A DNA stretch of 64,000 nucleotides. Source: Felis catus. Its lineage: Eukaryota. Location of the stretch: positions 104,348,001 to 104,412,000 of the forward strand of contig NC_058373.1 in assembly GCF_018350175.1 (NCBI RefSeq). Direction: 5' to 3'. Position 1 is the stretch's first letter. Every line of letters starts with the position of its first letter. The notes beneath the pieces were generated by a model, which had not been told where the DNA came from, searched no databases, and saw only the letters and a program-made list of their open reading frames with translations. Positions 52,124 to 64,000 of this stretch are shown in pieces. The position numbers and the translations under genes were made by a program.

Positions 52124-54829
52124 GAAAAAAAATATTTTTAATAAAAATTGAAAACAAAAATGAATTTTTTCTTTCTGTATTCAAGAAAAAGAAAAATAGT
52201 GTAAAAGAGAAAAAAAGACAGAAAGAAAATTTAATAGATGGACCTGCTAACAGATTGAAATAGGACTGAAATTACTTCGTTTTACCCTGGAAGTCAGACT
52301 ATGTAGTGCTTTATAGTCCATAAACTAACTAGGCGGTGAGACTTGTGTTCTTGAAGAGCAAGGTTGCACAATTGGGCGGGGTTCAGTGTAATGGCTCCGT
52401 TCTCCACTGGGTAGCGCTGCTAGCCTACTGGGGTGGTTTGTTGCCACGCTTCTAGGTGTGTATCCGCGTTCGCGGGAGCGGTGAAAATGGCGTCTCAGAT
52501 ACCCAGTCTCTAGTATCAGAACTCTGTTCTCCCCGATCAGCAGTGGCGCACCTGTCCTCTGTCTTCAGCTTTTGTCCGCTCCCTGCTCCTTCACTGTCGG
52601 TGACCAAGCCCCAGGCTGTACCTCTCGCCCGAGTTTTGTCTCAGATGCGCCTGTTTTCCCCACCCCCTTATTTATGAAGGACTGCAGCTTTGACCCATTC
52701 CACCCCTCTGTGGGAGGGTCTCACTGAGCAATGGCCGAATGCCGGCTGCACCCAGGAACGCTTGCTGGACCCTGCTGCTGCCAGTGCCCTGAGACTGCGG
52801 CCAGGTGCCAGCCTGCCCCAGAAAAAGTTTGAGAGATAGTGTAGCAGCAGCATTTCAGGGATTATGGAAAATTACAACACACACCTGGCACCGGGCTTCA
52901 CCCTTGACGACCTTGTTCCAGCACCAGTGAATGTGGCTGTTTTCCGGGGTCTGCTGGGACCAGGTGGCTTCAACAGTCTCTACCAAGTGTCCTTCCAGCA
53001 GTGGAACCGCTTTTCCCCGTGTGGCCCGAGAACCTCCTGGACCCCACCCTGTTCCTGGGGATTCGCCCTTCCCACCAGAGCACCGCCAGCTATCGAGCTG
53101 CGGAGTTGCAGACTTTGCGCTCCCCTTGTTTACAGTCTTAATGGAATTTAAACACTCTCTTTTCTCCTTTCTCCCTTTTTAGTTTAGTCCCTGTGGCTGT
53201 TTCCAATTTTCCACTTTCTCTCCAGCTGTTTTTGGGGAGGGGTGCTTTTCCTGTATTCTCCCCCCGCCCCAGTCTCCGTCTTCTCTCTGCCTGCAAAAGT
53301 GGCTCCCTGCCCGCCACCGGCTTCTTTCTCCCCAAGTTCACCTCTCTGTGCCACATACCTGCTGAATTCTGTGTTCAGGTTGTGCAGATTGTTGTGTTAA
53401 TCCTCCAATCAGTTTTCTAGGTGCGTAGGATGGTTTAGTGTTGGTCTGGCTGTATTTCATGGACATGAGACACACAAAAAACTTCCATGCTGTTCTGCCA
53501 CCTGGGCTCCTCCCCCTACATTGTCTAATATTAATATGACCATTCCAGATTTCTTTTGATGAGTGTTGACATGGTACCCCTTTTTCATTCTTTTACATTT
53601 AAGCTATTGGTGACATTATATTTAAAGCTGGGTTCTTGTAGATAACACAGAGTTGGTTCTTGCTCTCTAATTCAATCTGGCCATCTGTTTTTAAATTGTG
53701 TTGTTGACCATTTACATTTAACATGATCATTGAGGGATACTGTAGAGATCATAGGTAGATTCTAACTCCATAAGTCCTGTTTAGATAACCAGGCTGGAAC
53801 CATACTGATTGATTGCTACCTGTCCTCTGAGTATAGTTAAGTATTTTGGCTATTATTCCTGCCCTTAGGAAGATTTGTTGACCTAAAAGCATAAAAGCTT
53901 TGTCTCTGTCTGAAGGGTGTATAGAAACATATTCTTTTTAGGGGCGGGGGGAAGGTCCTCTTAAAAAAATTATGGACCTTCTTTGTAGCAACATCTGGGG
54001 GCTGCAGCAGAGGAATAATGGCAACAAAGCATGTTCCTGCAGACGGGGCCTTCCCAGCTGCATTCCCTAAGCCTTGACTCCTGCAGGTTACAGAGAGAAT
54101 ATCTGAAAATTTTCCAAGGCCTCCGAAGAGGGATAGGAGGGAGATGAGAATTGAGAGCCACTGGGACTCTGCATAGGATGTGGGATGGACAGCCCACCTC
54201 AGGGACTGCATAGAAAATAGAGTTGATTCTTTGAGGGTGAGTAACACCATCCAAACTGAGGTGGGACCCAAATAGGCAGGACAGAACCGTGGAACTTGCA
54301 CACGAGGCAAGGCCAGTGCTAAGAGTACAGCGGGAAGTAACATTGGCCAGTGAGGTTGGGATGAGTGCTAGGGACAGGGAGGTCAGTGCCCCATATCTTC
54401 AAGATGAGTATCTTTGAGCCAAAGCCAGAGAGGACAAAGGGCAGCACTGTTAAGATATTCCCCACCCGTCATGAGGACAAGGTCATCAGCAAGGCCTGTC
54501 CTTGATTCCTTTGGATAGTGGCATATAATCACATCATCTGTGAATCATGATACATTTGCTTTCACGGTTTCATAGTTATGTACTTCTGGCTTCTATTTCG
54601 TGTCTTGGCGAACAGACAAGATTTCTAGAACCGCAGAAATTCTAATTTTGTTTCTAATTTCAATGGGGATAATACTGCTAGTTAACTAACATGTACTGAG
54701 CAGTTATTATCATGTGTCAGGTACTGTTCCAAGCATCGTGTATGTATTATCTTATTTCTCCGTCACTATCATTATTTCCACTTTACAATGATTAAACTGT
54801 GGCCAGAGAGTTTAAATAGCTTACCCAAG

Positions 54830-55065
54830 GGGCACCTGGGTGGCGCAGTCGGTTAAGCATCCGACTTCAGCCAGGTCACGATCTCACGGTCCGTGAGTTC
54901 GAGCCCCGCATCAGACTCTGGGCTGATGGCTCGGAGCCTGGAGCCTGCTTCCGATTCTGTGTCTCCCTCTCTCTCTGCCCCTCCCCCATTCATGCTCTGT
55001 CTCTCTCTGTCCCAAAAATAAATAAATAACGTTGAAAAAAAATTTTTTTAAAAATAAAAATAAAA
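54830..55065 (+). mobile_element. Young SINEC_Fc inserted in a MIR (~54670-55140)
   Basis: 16-bp TSD aaatagcttacccaag at 54814-54829 and 55066-55081. Confidence 0.95.
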
Positions 55066-55145
55066 AAATAGCTTACCCAAGACAACAAGTGGCACAGTTG
55101 GGTTGTGGGCTCTGACTCTAGACCCTGTTGGTCTTCACCTCTAGA

Positions 55146-55341
55146 CAGGTGTGCTGATAAATACTTAACATCCAGCTCTCCAAAAAAAAAGCCCTGATTT
55201 GTAACATATGCCAATTTTTACGATGTAAATACTCCCTCTATGGCTGACATGGCATCACTGAACATGGATTTGGAAAGAGATCCTTGTAGTTCCTCTTGGG
55301 AGCTGAAACTGGCCACTGTAGCAAATTCTAGCACACCACAG
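55146..55341. mobile_element. MER63-like hAT element
   Basis: Inverted ends ggtgtgctga / tagcacacc. Confidence 0.6.
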
Positions 55342-55401
55342 TGTTACGCGGTAAGGCAAAGAGGTGTTGTTTACGGTACCTGTTAGTTGGATTCTTTGTT
55401 G

Positions 55402-55629
55402 TTGTTTTTTTTTTTTTTAACTTTTTTTTTTTAATTTATTTTTGAGACAGAGAGAGACAGAGCATGAACAGGGAAGGGTCAGAGAGAGAGGGAGACACAG
55501 AATCGGAAACAGGCTCCAGGCTCTGAGCTGTCAGCACAGAGCCCCACGCGGGGCTCGAACTCACGGACCGCAATATCATGACCTGAGCCAAAGTCGGACG
55601 CTTAATGGGCTGAGCCACCCAGACACCCC
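55402..55629 (-). mobile_element. SINEC_Fc
   Basis: TSD tggattctttg. Confidence 0.92.
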
Positions 55630-56089
55630 TGGATTCTTTGGTTTTAAGAAATAAAAAATCAACTGGACCTGGCCCATCAGAAGATGGAATTTACTAGAAG
55701 GATACAGTCTCAGAATGAAGAGCGGGAGGCAACAGGGTCTCAGGAGGGTTGGGAATAAGAAACGCATGTGTTATGGGGCCTTGACGGGTCCCTCTCCCTC
55801 AGTCTCTGTTGACTACAGCAATGTTCCCGTATTCTGGCCCACAGGGCAGAACACTACTATCCATTGCTCCTGAACTTGCTCGCAGAGGTTCCTGCCACAA
55901 GCGTAGCCTGAGGTCCTCTCTGACCAGTTCAGCTGGGTCAAGAGTCAGCCCCAGGTCAGTCAGCTATGGCCATGTGACTTTAGTGAGTCTGTGTGCCTCT
56001 GTTCACGATCATATTGGAGATGTCGGTCTAGATTAGGACCAGGCCCTTCTGTCTTTGAAATTCTGTTACACATAGAGCTCATTATCATA

Positions 56090-56545
56090 TTGTGGTCCTC
56101 TGGGCTCCCCTTCATCTGGGTCCTGATGACCTTTCTGACTGATGTCATCCCTGTCAGTGTCCCCTTTGCTCCCTCTGCCATTCTGGCCTTCCTGTTGGCC
56201 CGTGAGCATTACAAGCTCATTCTCACCTCAGGGCCTTTGTACTTGCTCTTCCCCAGGTCTTCTCATGGCTTATACCCTCTCTTCATTCAGAGCATCTCTC
56301 CCTGAGTGCCTCCTTGAAACAGTCCACTCTATTCATGCCGTCCTCCTACTTGCTTCATTGTTCTTCACAATGCTTAATATGACCCAAAATTGTATCACGT
56401 GTTCCACTATCTGCTTCCCACTGTCACATAACCCACTGGGAAATTTATTTGTTTATGGCTTGTATTTTCAGCATCTGGACTGGTGCTTGGCATGTAGTAG
56501 ATATTCAAAATCCATTTGTTGAATGCATGGTTAAATGAATGAAAG
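56090..56545 (+). mobile_element. L2 3' fragment
   Basis: ctcagggcctttgtacttgct...tgcttggcatgtagtagatattcaaaatccatttgttgaatg. Confidence 0.65.
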
Positions 56546-56600
56546 TACGAATGAGTTGCAGAGTTATTAAGAATTATACATTTAACAATAAACCCTTCCT

Positions 56601-56772
56601 GGGGGCCTGAGTGGCTCAGTTGTTAAACATATGACTTCAGCTCAGGTCATGATCTCATGGGTTGTGACTTTGAGCCCCGCTTTGGGTGAGCCCCACTTCT
56701 CTCTCTCTCCCTCTTTCTCTGCCCCTCGCTCACTTGCGCCCTCTCTCTCTCAAAATAAAATAAAATAAAAAT
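56601..56772 (+). mobile_element. Can-SINE (internally deleted)
   Basis: TSD aataaac(c/t)cttcct. Confidence 0.87.
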
Positions 56773-56823
56773 AAACTCTTCCTGCAATTATTATTACACA
56801 ATATATGAACTGACTTGGATTTA

Positions 56824-57505
56824 TTTATTATTTTTTAATATAAAATTTATTGTCAAATTGGTTTCCATACAATGCCCAGTGCTCATCCCAACAGGTGCCC
56901 TCCTCAATGCCCCTCACCCACTTTCCCCTCCCTCCCACCCCCATCAACCCTCAGTTTATTCTCAGTTTTTAAGAGTCTCTTATGGTTTGCCTCCTTCCCT
57001 CTCTGTAACTTTTTTTTCCCCCCTTCACCTCCCCCCATGGTCTTCTGTTAAGTTTCTCAGGATCTATATAAGAGTGAAAACATATGGTATCTGTTTTTCT
57101 CTGCCTGACTTACTTCACTTAGCATAACACTCTCCAGTTCCATCCACGTTGCTACAAAAGGCCACATTTCATTCTTTCTCATTGCCATGTAGTATTCCAT
57201 TGTGTATATAAACCACATCTTCTTTATCCATTCATCAGTTGATGGACATTTAGGCTCTTTCCATAATTTGGCTATTGTTGAAAGTGCTGTTATAAACATT
57301 GGGGTACAAGTGCCCCTGTGCATCAGCCCTCCTGTATCCCTTGGGTAAATTCCTAGCAGTGCTATTGCTGGGTCATAGGGTAGATCTATTTTCAATTTTT
57401 TGAGGAAACTCCACACTGTTTTCCAGAGTGGCTACACCAGTTTGCATTCCCACCAACAGTGCAAGAGGGTTCCCATTTCTCCTCATCCTCGCCGGCATCT
57501 ATAGT
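56824..57505 (-). mobile_element. 5'-truncated felid-type L1
   Basis: 16-bp TSD aactgacttggattta at 56808-56823 and 57506-57521; encodes the ORF2 C-terminal peptide. Confidence 0.94.
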
Positions 57506-59019
57506 AACTGACTTGGATTTAAATAAAATAAAAAAAAAAAACCTTAACTATTATCTTAGTTTTCAAATGTTTTTGCTTATTCCGCACCTGAGTAAAAAAA
57601 CGTTTCTTTAAAAATGAGATGTAATTCACATTTTTAGTGCTCTGACCTTTCCTAACCTACCTCTTAGCCTACCTTCTCCCAGTCTTCCCTACAGTATTCT
57701 AAATTCGTGACATTTTGTGGCAATGTGTGGAAATAGGCTTTTGTTGTTCATTCGAGGCAGAAAATAGTTGATATTAATTATGATTTGATGATAGGTATGC
57801 CGTCTTGGAAAGAAAAGGAGTGGCTTAGAGAACCAGTGTTTTGTTTTCTGTTTTTAAAGGCTCTGAGCAAGCAGAAAATGGTATCCATTTGTTTACAATG
57901 CAAGAGTCACCTTTAGTTAAACCCAGCAGAGTAACTCAGAACTACCATCCAAATAGATAGACAGGAAAAATGGCCTCCTAATTGAAAGAAAAAATTTTAA
58001 AAAGCACATTTTCAAAAGGGTACCAAAAAAGGACATTTCTCTTTCTCACAAAAAATTCAGAGCAAGAAAGAAAATGTTATTTTCGCAAGAGAAAGCCTGC
58101 ATGTGGCCATAGACAAGCCCTCTTTCCTTCCAAAGCAGGAGATTTTCAGTTGAAGAAAATTGACAACTTTGCCTCCAGCCTGAATTTTATGGTTTTCACC
58201 AGCAACAGCTGTGTTTACTGATGGCCCTACATTGCCCCCAAACAAATTCAAGATTAAGTAAAGGGCTGGTGTTCTGAGACAATTACCAACAAAACGAACA
58301 TTCTCTTACTGTTTGTGGAGCTCCAGGCTTCATGTCCTTACCTTTGAAAAATTAACTCAGAAGTTGTTGCTTTTAAAGGCAAAAGTTGATATATTTGGTA
58401 AAATAGAGTGTACTGCTAAAGCTGTGGTTTTCAACCTTAGCTGTACCTTAGCCTCACCTGGGAGCTTTGAAAGGAAGCACCAACCCAATGCGCGAGTTCT
58501 ACCCCCGCCCAGGTAAAGGAAAAGGTGGGCCCGTAGATCCTAATTGTTGTTAGTGTCTTGATTAACGGAGTCCCATCCTGGATGGGGCTTCCGGTGGGGT
58601 TGCTCACAATCCTGCTCCCGGACCAGACGGTGAGGAAGGTAAGCTTGTCTTGGCTCTCTCATCTGCCTTTGTGGGCCCCTCTCCCTATTCCTGGAAACTT
58701 TCCCTCCTGAGCTATTTCTCAGGTGTTCTTATCTTGCCCTGTGCCCAGAGTGAAGCTATCAGCCTCCAAGGAAATTCTTCCTTGCTAAAAAATAATCCCA
58801 CAAAGCTCTGGCCCTTCCCAGTGCGGTATTATCCCTCTCAAAAACAAACAACAAAAAGCCCCCCAAAACCAAAAAATCCACCACGTACTAGAAAAAAAAT
58901 GTGGAATGCCACATGTTGCCACTGGTGAGTTTGAGGTAGAATTAAGGAGTGGAGAGGGGTGCTCCTGGATCCCATCAGGTCCCTTCTGGTCAGCAACAGT
59001 CTCCTCCAAAAGGAAGTTC

Positions 59020-59200
59020 TGCTGGGTGACACTGGCAAGTTACTTAACCTCTCTGTGCCTCCGTTTCCTCATCTATAAAATAGGGATGGTATTAATTCTG
59101 ACCCACAAAGTTGTTGTGAGGACTAAATATATAAAGCATTTCCCCCAAGAGTATTCGACACACAATCAGCAGTCCATGCACATTAGTAGTTATTACTATA
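59020..59200 (+). mobile_element. MIR
   Basis: ggcaagttacttaacctctctgtgcctccgtttcctcatctataaaatagggat core. Confidence 0.8.
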
Positions 59201-60507
59201 ATTTCAAATTCTGGACTTTATAATTAAATGAGGGGGAGTTCCACATGCAGCGGGCAAATAAACTCAGAGAAAGCATTGCCCTGATAGACTCCCGAGAAAT
59301 ATTTTGAACTACGACATCCTCACTGGCATATGTGTCTAGCTCCAATAACCCAAGGCAGTGCTTAATTTATGCCCTCCATTTAAATGTATAAATTCCAGAA
59401 GCCTTTGAAACAAAAATTCCCTTCTTTTTACTGCATAATCAACCTCGTATTTCTAGGAGTCTTGGGAAATGATGGAAATGAGGATGAACAACTGCATAGC
59501 TGGAGAGAAACCAGTACCTTTCTAATTGCCTAGTTAACTCAACACAGAAATTAATGAATTGAACAGACGTTTAATAATAAACCCTGTGCCAGATGTCCAT
59601 GTCCTGATGTAGTTCTTAGTCCAGGGAGCTTCTGGAAGGGGTATTGTCCAGTCTCAAGCCACAGCCCAGAGCGATGAGGATGTGCTTAATCCCCGTTATC
59701 GTCAGCATCTGTTTGAAGCCTTCCAGATGCACCATAATGTGTGGGGACATTATGAAGAGGTTGGACTTGTCTCTCCTCTCAGAGATCTTACTTTTTCAAG
59801 AAGACTGGCTGGTCAAACAATTTATGTATTCTTTTGCAGGAAATACGCAAAAAGAAAAGTAGGGAGTGGGAGCAGAAATGCCCAGGGGTGACCTAATTGC
59901 CTTCTGTCCTTGCAAGAACACGAATGTTTGTCCCCTGACACGCAGGCTTCTTAGCTTCTTAGTGACTGCTCTGAATGTACTGGGTGTCAAATTTGGGTGG
60001 TGTTTCACCTATTTTCTTTTTAGAAGTTTCCCAGTGAAGGCTTAAAAGCATGTTTTTATTTTGCTTTGTTTTAAAGTTTCACTAAATTCTTAGAAGCTTC
60101 TGGATGGCTTAAAACTATTTTTAGATTATGCTAAAAGTGGAGCCTAATATTACACAAAAGAAGCTTTTAAAATTGCCTAAAAATTGAATTTTTGTTAATA
60201 GTAACTTTTGAGCTGAACATTTCTAAGATTCCTTTTAGTTTTAAAGAGTCCTAAGATGTACATCGTAATCTAAGAGATCTTCATTTACTTTTGAGCTTTT
60301 ATTCGCAATGACCTTCTGCACTTGGCATTATTCACCTCTTTCCTGTAGCCTCTCTGTTATAACAAGTTGCTAACTCGCAAGAATACTTCAGTGAGCTTAC
60401 TGTCTAATGTAGCATTACTGTGACTTTGGCTTAAAAACTCATTTGTATCCATTTTACTTTCCCATCCGTTTGTTTTATAAGATCTAATTTGCTTTTTAAA
60501 AGTGTGG

Positions 60508-61008
60508 TGTGGTGGCGAGTCTCAAAGATGAACCCCACAGACCCCACTTCAGAATCCGTGCCCTCGTGTAGACCTCTTTTTTGCAGATGTGATCTGGGCT
60601 TGTGACTTGCTTTAACCAATAGGATGTGGTAAGAGTGATGGGGAGCCCATTCCATTCTGAGGCTTTAAGAGGCTGGGCAGGTCTGCTTCCTCCTCTTGGA
60701 ACGTTTGCCGTGGGGAGTCCTGTGCTCATATAAAAGTAAATTCACTACCCTGATGGAGAGACCACTCAGAGCAACCACAGAAAGAGGCTCTAAGACTACA
60801 TGGGGTAGGGGTGGGGTCCCACTGCTTCACAGCCCTGGTTGAACATCCAGACGACTCCAGTCCAGCTGCCTTCTGACTTCAGCTACATCAAAGATCCCAC
60901 AAGAGGCCAGCAGAAGAACCACCTAGCTGAGCCCAGCAAGACACAGAAAAGAGGGACAATCAAATGCCCTAAGTTTTGAGGCAGTTATGCAGCATAGTTA
61001 ATGATACA
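60508..61008 (+). mobile_element. MLT1 (MaLR) LTR just downstream of the CCDC198 stop
   Basis: tgtggtgg...tgtgacttgctttaaccaatag...aagaaccacctagctgagccc...gttatgcagcatag. Confidence 0.78.
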
Positions 61009-61150
61009 TGACAAACCTGTTGACCGTAAGACTCCAAATGAAGAGATAGTGATTGGTTTCCTCCAAATAATTCATATAACCAACCTGAAGAATTTTTACA
61101 GGAAAGCGAACTTACAATGCACACAATGTCTAGGTCAGTGAATAGCATTT

Positions 61151-61386
61151 TTATTCTCGATCAAAAAACTCGTCAAAAAGTGGGATTCTCTCTGTCCTGG
61201 TCCTGACCAGTGCTTGTGGTTTCTTCTCGCTTTTCCTCAACTCATCTGAGTCAGAACTAGAACTATCCCAGAGAAGCTGTCCCCGGGCCTCTTGTTCACA
61301 GAGCCACATTTCCATTTTGCCAATTTTCCGGGGACGACAGTCATTCCTTGCTTGATGTTCCCCCAAATCTTCATTCTGTGAATTTC
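61151..61386 (-). CDS. CCDC198: CCDC198 (C14orf105/FAME) terminal coding exon
   Basis: Minus-strand acceptor ttttctgtAG, then (G)NSQNEDLGEH...KIGKMEMWLCEQEARGQLLWDSSSSDSDE...ALVRTRTERIPLFDEFFDRE*. Recognised as the CCDC198 C-terminus; convergent position next to NAA30 fits known mammalian synteny. Confidence 0.9.
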
Positions 61387-61505
61387 CTACAGAAAATTTA
61401 AAGTTTATTGAATTTTTTCCCCCTAACAATGATTTATTTGTTTATTAAGTGCCTAGATTTTTATGAACACATAACAATTTGCTTGATGTTCTTATATATA
61501 TATTT

Positions 61506-61698
61506 GGGAGAGCTTGGGTTAGTTAGTTGAGTGTCCAACTCTTGATTTCAGCTCAGGTCATGATTTCATGGTCATGAGCTTGAGCCCCACATCAGGCTCC
61601 GTGCTGGTCATGGAGCTTGCTTGGGATTCTCTTTCTCTCTCTCTTTCTCACCACCCCTTCTTGCCCCTTTCTCTGGCTCATGCGCTCTCTCTCAAAAA
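61506..61698 (+). mobile_element. Can-SINE in the last intron of CCDC198
   Basis: cttgatttcagctcaggtcatgat...gcttgggattctct. Confidence 0.85.
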
Positions 61699-62312
61699 AC
61701 TTTTTTTTAATCTTCTGAAAGTCACAAGAATAATATAATACCTTCCTATATGCCCCAACTCATTGATAATGTTTTGTCACAATATTGCTTTCATTTTATA
61801 CACATGCGTGAACATATGTACACATGTTTTCAGCTGAGCTATTTGAGAATTAGTTGCAATTACATCCCCCCAAATACATCACCACAAATCTCACAGCAAG
61901 GGCATTTTTCCTACATAGCTGCAATACAACTATTAGGAAATTACTTAGGAAATTTAACATTGATATATTATTGTTTTCTAATAGATGGTCTACATTCTAA
62001 TATTCATGGTTGTCCCAGTAATGGTCTTTATAATTGCTTCTTGTTTGTGTGTTTGTGTTTTATTTTTTTAGATCCAGGATCCAATCTAGGATTATGTATT
62101 GCATTTTATTTTCTTGTCTCTTTAATTCAAGACACTTCCCTTTTTGTTTCTTTTCCTTTTTCTCTGTCTCCTCCTTCCTTCTCTCCTCCTCCTCCTCCTC
62201 CTCCTCTCTCTCCCTCATTCTCAGTCTTGATCCTCCCCTTCCTCTTCCTCCATCCCCCCTTCATTGTCTTCTTTTTTTCCCCTAACAGTGGCATTTTAAA
62301 GAATCCAGATCA

Positions 62313-62529
62313 GGGGTGCCTGGGTGGCGCAGTCGGTTAAGCGTCCGACTTCAGCCAGGTCACGATCTCGTGGTCCGTGAGTTCGAGCCCTGCGTCAGGC
62401 TCTGGGCTGATGGCTCGGAGCCTGGAGCCTGTTTCCGATTCTGTGTCTTGCTCTCTCTCTGCCCCTCCCCCGTTCATGCACTGTCTCTCTCTGTCCCAAA
62501 AATGAATAAACGTTGAAAAAAAAAATTTT
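62313..62529 (+). mobile_element. Young SINEC_Fc inside an old L1MC-like fragment (~61700-62640)
   Basis: TSD aagaatccagatca at 62299-62312 and 62530-62543. Confidence 0.94.
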
Positions 62530-62645
62530 AAGAATCCAGATCAAATGTTTTGTAGAATGGCCCTAAATTTGGGTTTGTACATTTCCTTGTGATTAAATTA
62601 AGGTTACACGTTTTTGGCAAGAGTATTGCACAGGCGATGTTGCCT

Positions 62646-62692
62646 TGTGCTATTTATTGAACATCTACTATGTGCTATTTATTGAACATCTA
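62646..62692. repeat. Short tandem duplication, 25-bp period
   Basis: tgtgctatttattgaacatcta at 62646 and 62671. Confidence 0.85.
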
Positions 62693-63329
62693 TGTGCCAG
62701 GCACATGATATACACTTTCTGACCTTGACATCCACTCTCACCTCATATTAGAGTCACCTATGGAGTCTTTTAGAAACACAAATGCTTGGGCTGTGCCCCA
62801 GACCTATAGAACTAGGGAGCTCAAAGGGTCATGCATTTCATTTCACTTTCTATACTTTTTAGAATATATTTATTTGGTATAGGATTTTATGTACATATGT
62901 ACATAGCTTTTTATTTAAGCTCTACCCTTTTAAAGTGCTTTTCAGAACAACAGGGGCTTTATTCAAGGAAGGAAGCTTTTAAGTAAACCAAAGCAGTGGC
63001 CACTTCTGAGCTAGGAAAATCATCCTGGGTCAAAACCCAGAATGTCCCCTCCATCTAGTTGAACCAGCCATAACTTTTGGATTTCATCTTAAGGATAATT
63101 GTTTACCAAACCTTATGCCATATTTCATTTAAGCCCTTGATAACTGATGTTACAAACTGTTATATGAGAAAATCAAGCATCTCAGTGTGAGGATTTGTGC
63201 TTTGTGAGTCATTAGTTTCCTTTCTGCCTCAGTAAGGGACTACCCTGATACCCCCTTGCATGTTATTATAACTGTTGTTATTGCCTATACATATAGTAGT
63301 GACAGAAAACGACAGTTAAATTATGTCTT

Positions 63330-63960
63330 TGGCCCCAATCTCTCTCCTGAGCTACAACTGGATGCCTCCATTTTTATGTCTCCTGGCAACATGTCAGACT
63401 CACCTTCCCTTTCTCTTCCAAACTCACTTTTTCTCCCAGTTACCCTAATCCAGCAAATGGCCCCAGTTTTCCCCCATTGGCTGCCCAGTTCTTCAAGAGA
63501 AACCCAAGAATCCTCCTGGCCTTCTTGCTCTCTCCACACACGCACATCTGATTCACCACCAGGTTCTGCCCCTCGTATCTCCTGAATATCTCACATTCAG
63601 CTCCTTTTCTCCTGTTACCCTACTTTCCTGGTCCAAGCACCATCTCTCACTTGCATTCCTGCTATGTCCTTGTCACTTGTCTCCCCACATCCGCTTGCAT
63701 TCTCTTCCCATGCATCCTCCGCAGGGTAGACAGAATGATGCTTGAAAATGTAAGCCTGCTTGTGTGGCTCCCCTGACCTTTCGATGCCTTCCTGTGGATC
63801 TTAAGCTCAAGTTCAAAGTCCCTGTTTGACACGACTTGCAAGACCCTGGTGCTCTGGGCCCTGCCTATGCCTCAGAGCCATCACTGATCACTACCTGAAT
63901 CTCTCTTCCCAGTCGAGAGCTTTTGCGTGTGCTGTAATCATGAACAGTTCTGAATGTTCC
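63330..63960 (+). mobile_element. L2 fragment
   Basis: ctctctcctgagct...ggtccaagcaccatctctcac...ctgggccctgcct. Confidence 0.6.
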
Positions 63961-64000
63961 AGCACCTTGGTCCTCACACAGATATGGATTCCTGTCCCCT

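Larger units (their letters stand above)
45894..53515 (-). mobile_element. Full-length but inactivated carnivore/felid L1 (~7.6 kb including two SINE insertions)
   Basis: 17-bp TSD ctacattgtctaatatt at 45877-45893 and 53516-53532; GC-rich 5' UTR, ORF1, ORF2 and 3' UTR in order. Confidence 0.97.

Noticed and set aside
45894..53515. Active, retrotransposition-competent L1
   Set aside because: Both ORFs have stops or frameshifts and ORF2 is interrupted by a SINE.
53837..54343. 168-aa minus-strand ORF with a signal-peptide-like start
   Set aside because: No recognisable domain or homology and no supporting exon structure; a chance ORF is more likely. TBLASTN conservation would be needed to revive it.
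61387..61429. N-terminal part of the 92-aa minus-strand ORF
   Set aside because: Lies upstream of the splice acceptor, so it is intronic; only 61386-61151 is exon.
61750..62340. 196-aa ORF
   Set aside because: Spans an old L1 fragment, a (CCT)n low-complexity tract and a SINE head.
1..64000. CRISPR array, operon or novel RT-based system
   Set aside because: No repeat-spacer array or gene cluster; all RT/endonuclease motifs belong to LINE-1 in a mammalian intronic/intergenic context.

Overview
Mammalian genomic DNA, almost certainly from a felid: it carries many Can-SINEs of the SINEC_Fc type and carnivore L1s. Two genes converge tail-to-tail across the window. On + are the last two coding exons of NAA30 (422-477, 10104-10241) and its ~6 kb 3' UTR. 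On - is the last coding exon of CCDC198/C14orf105 (61386-61151). The ~44 kb between them is mostly transposable-element sequence: one full-length but dead L1, several truncated L1s, many SINEs (about 20 across the whole window), LTRs, DNA transposons, MIR/L2 and microsatellites. I found no new protein-coding gene or novel multi-gene system; nearly all ORF-track entries are repeat-derived. The most notable signals are (i) an L1 3' transduction, (ii) two neighbouring L1s with near-identical 3' portions that share disabling mutations while their 5' portions diverge (gene conversion or mis-assembly), (iii) a five-layer TE nest with a Tigger-like element in an LTR TATA box, (iv) an L1 with three copies of its target-site duplication, and (v) clusters of let-7 and miR-17 seed matches across alternative poly(A) signals in the NAA30 3' UTR. 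Repeat family names were assigned by eye and need RepeatMasker/Dfam confirmation; boundaries without a TSD are approximate.
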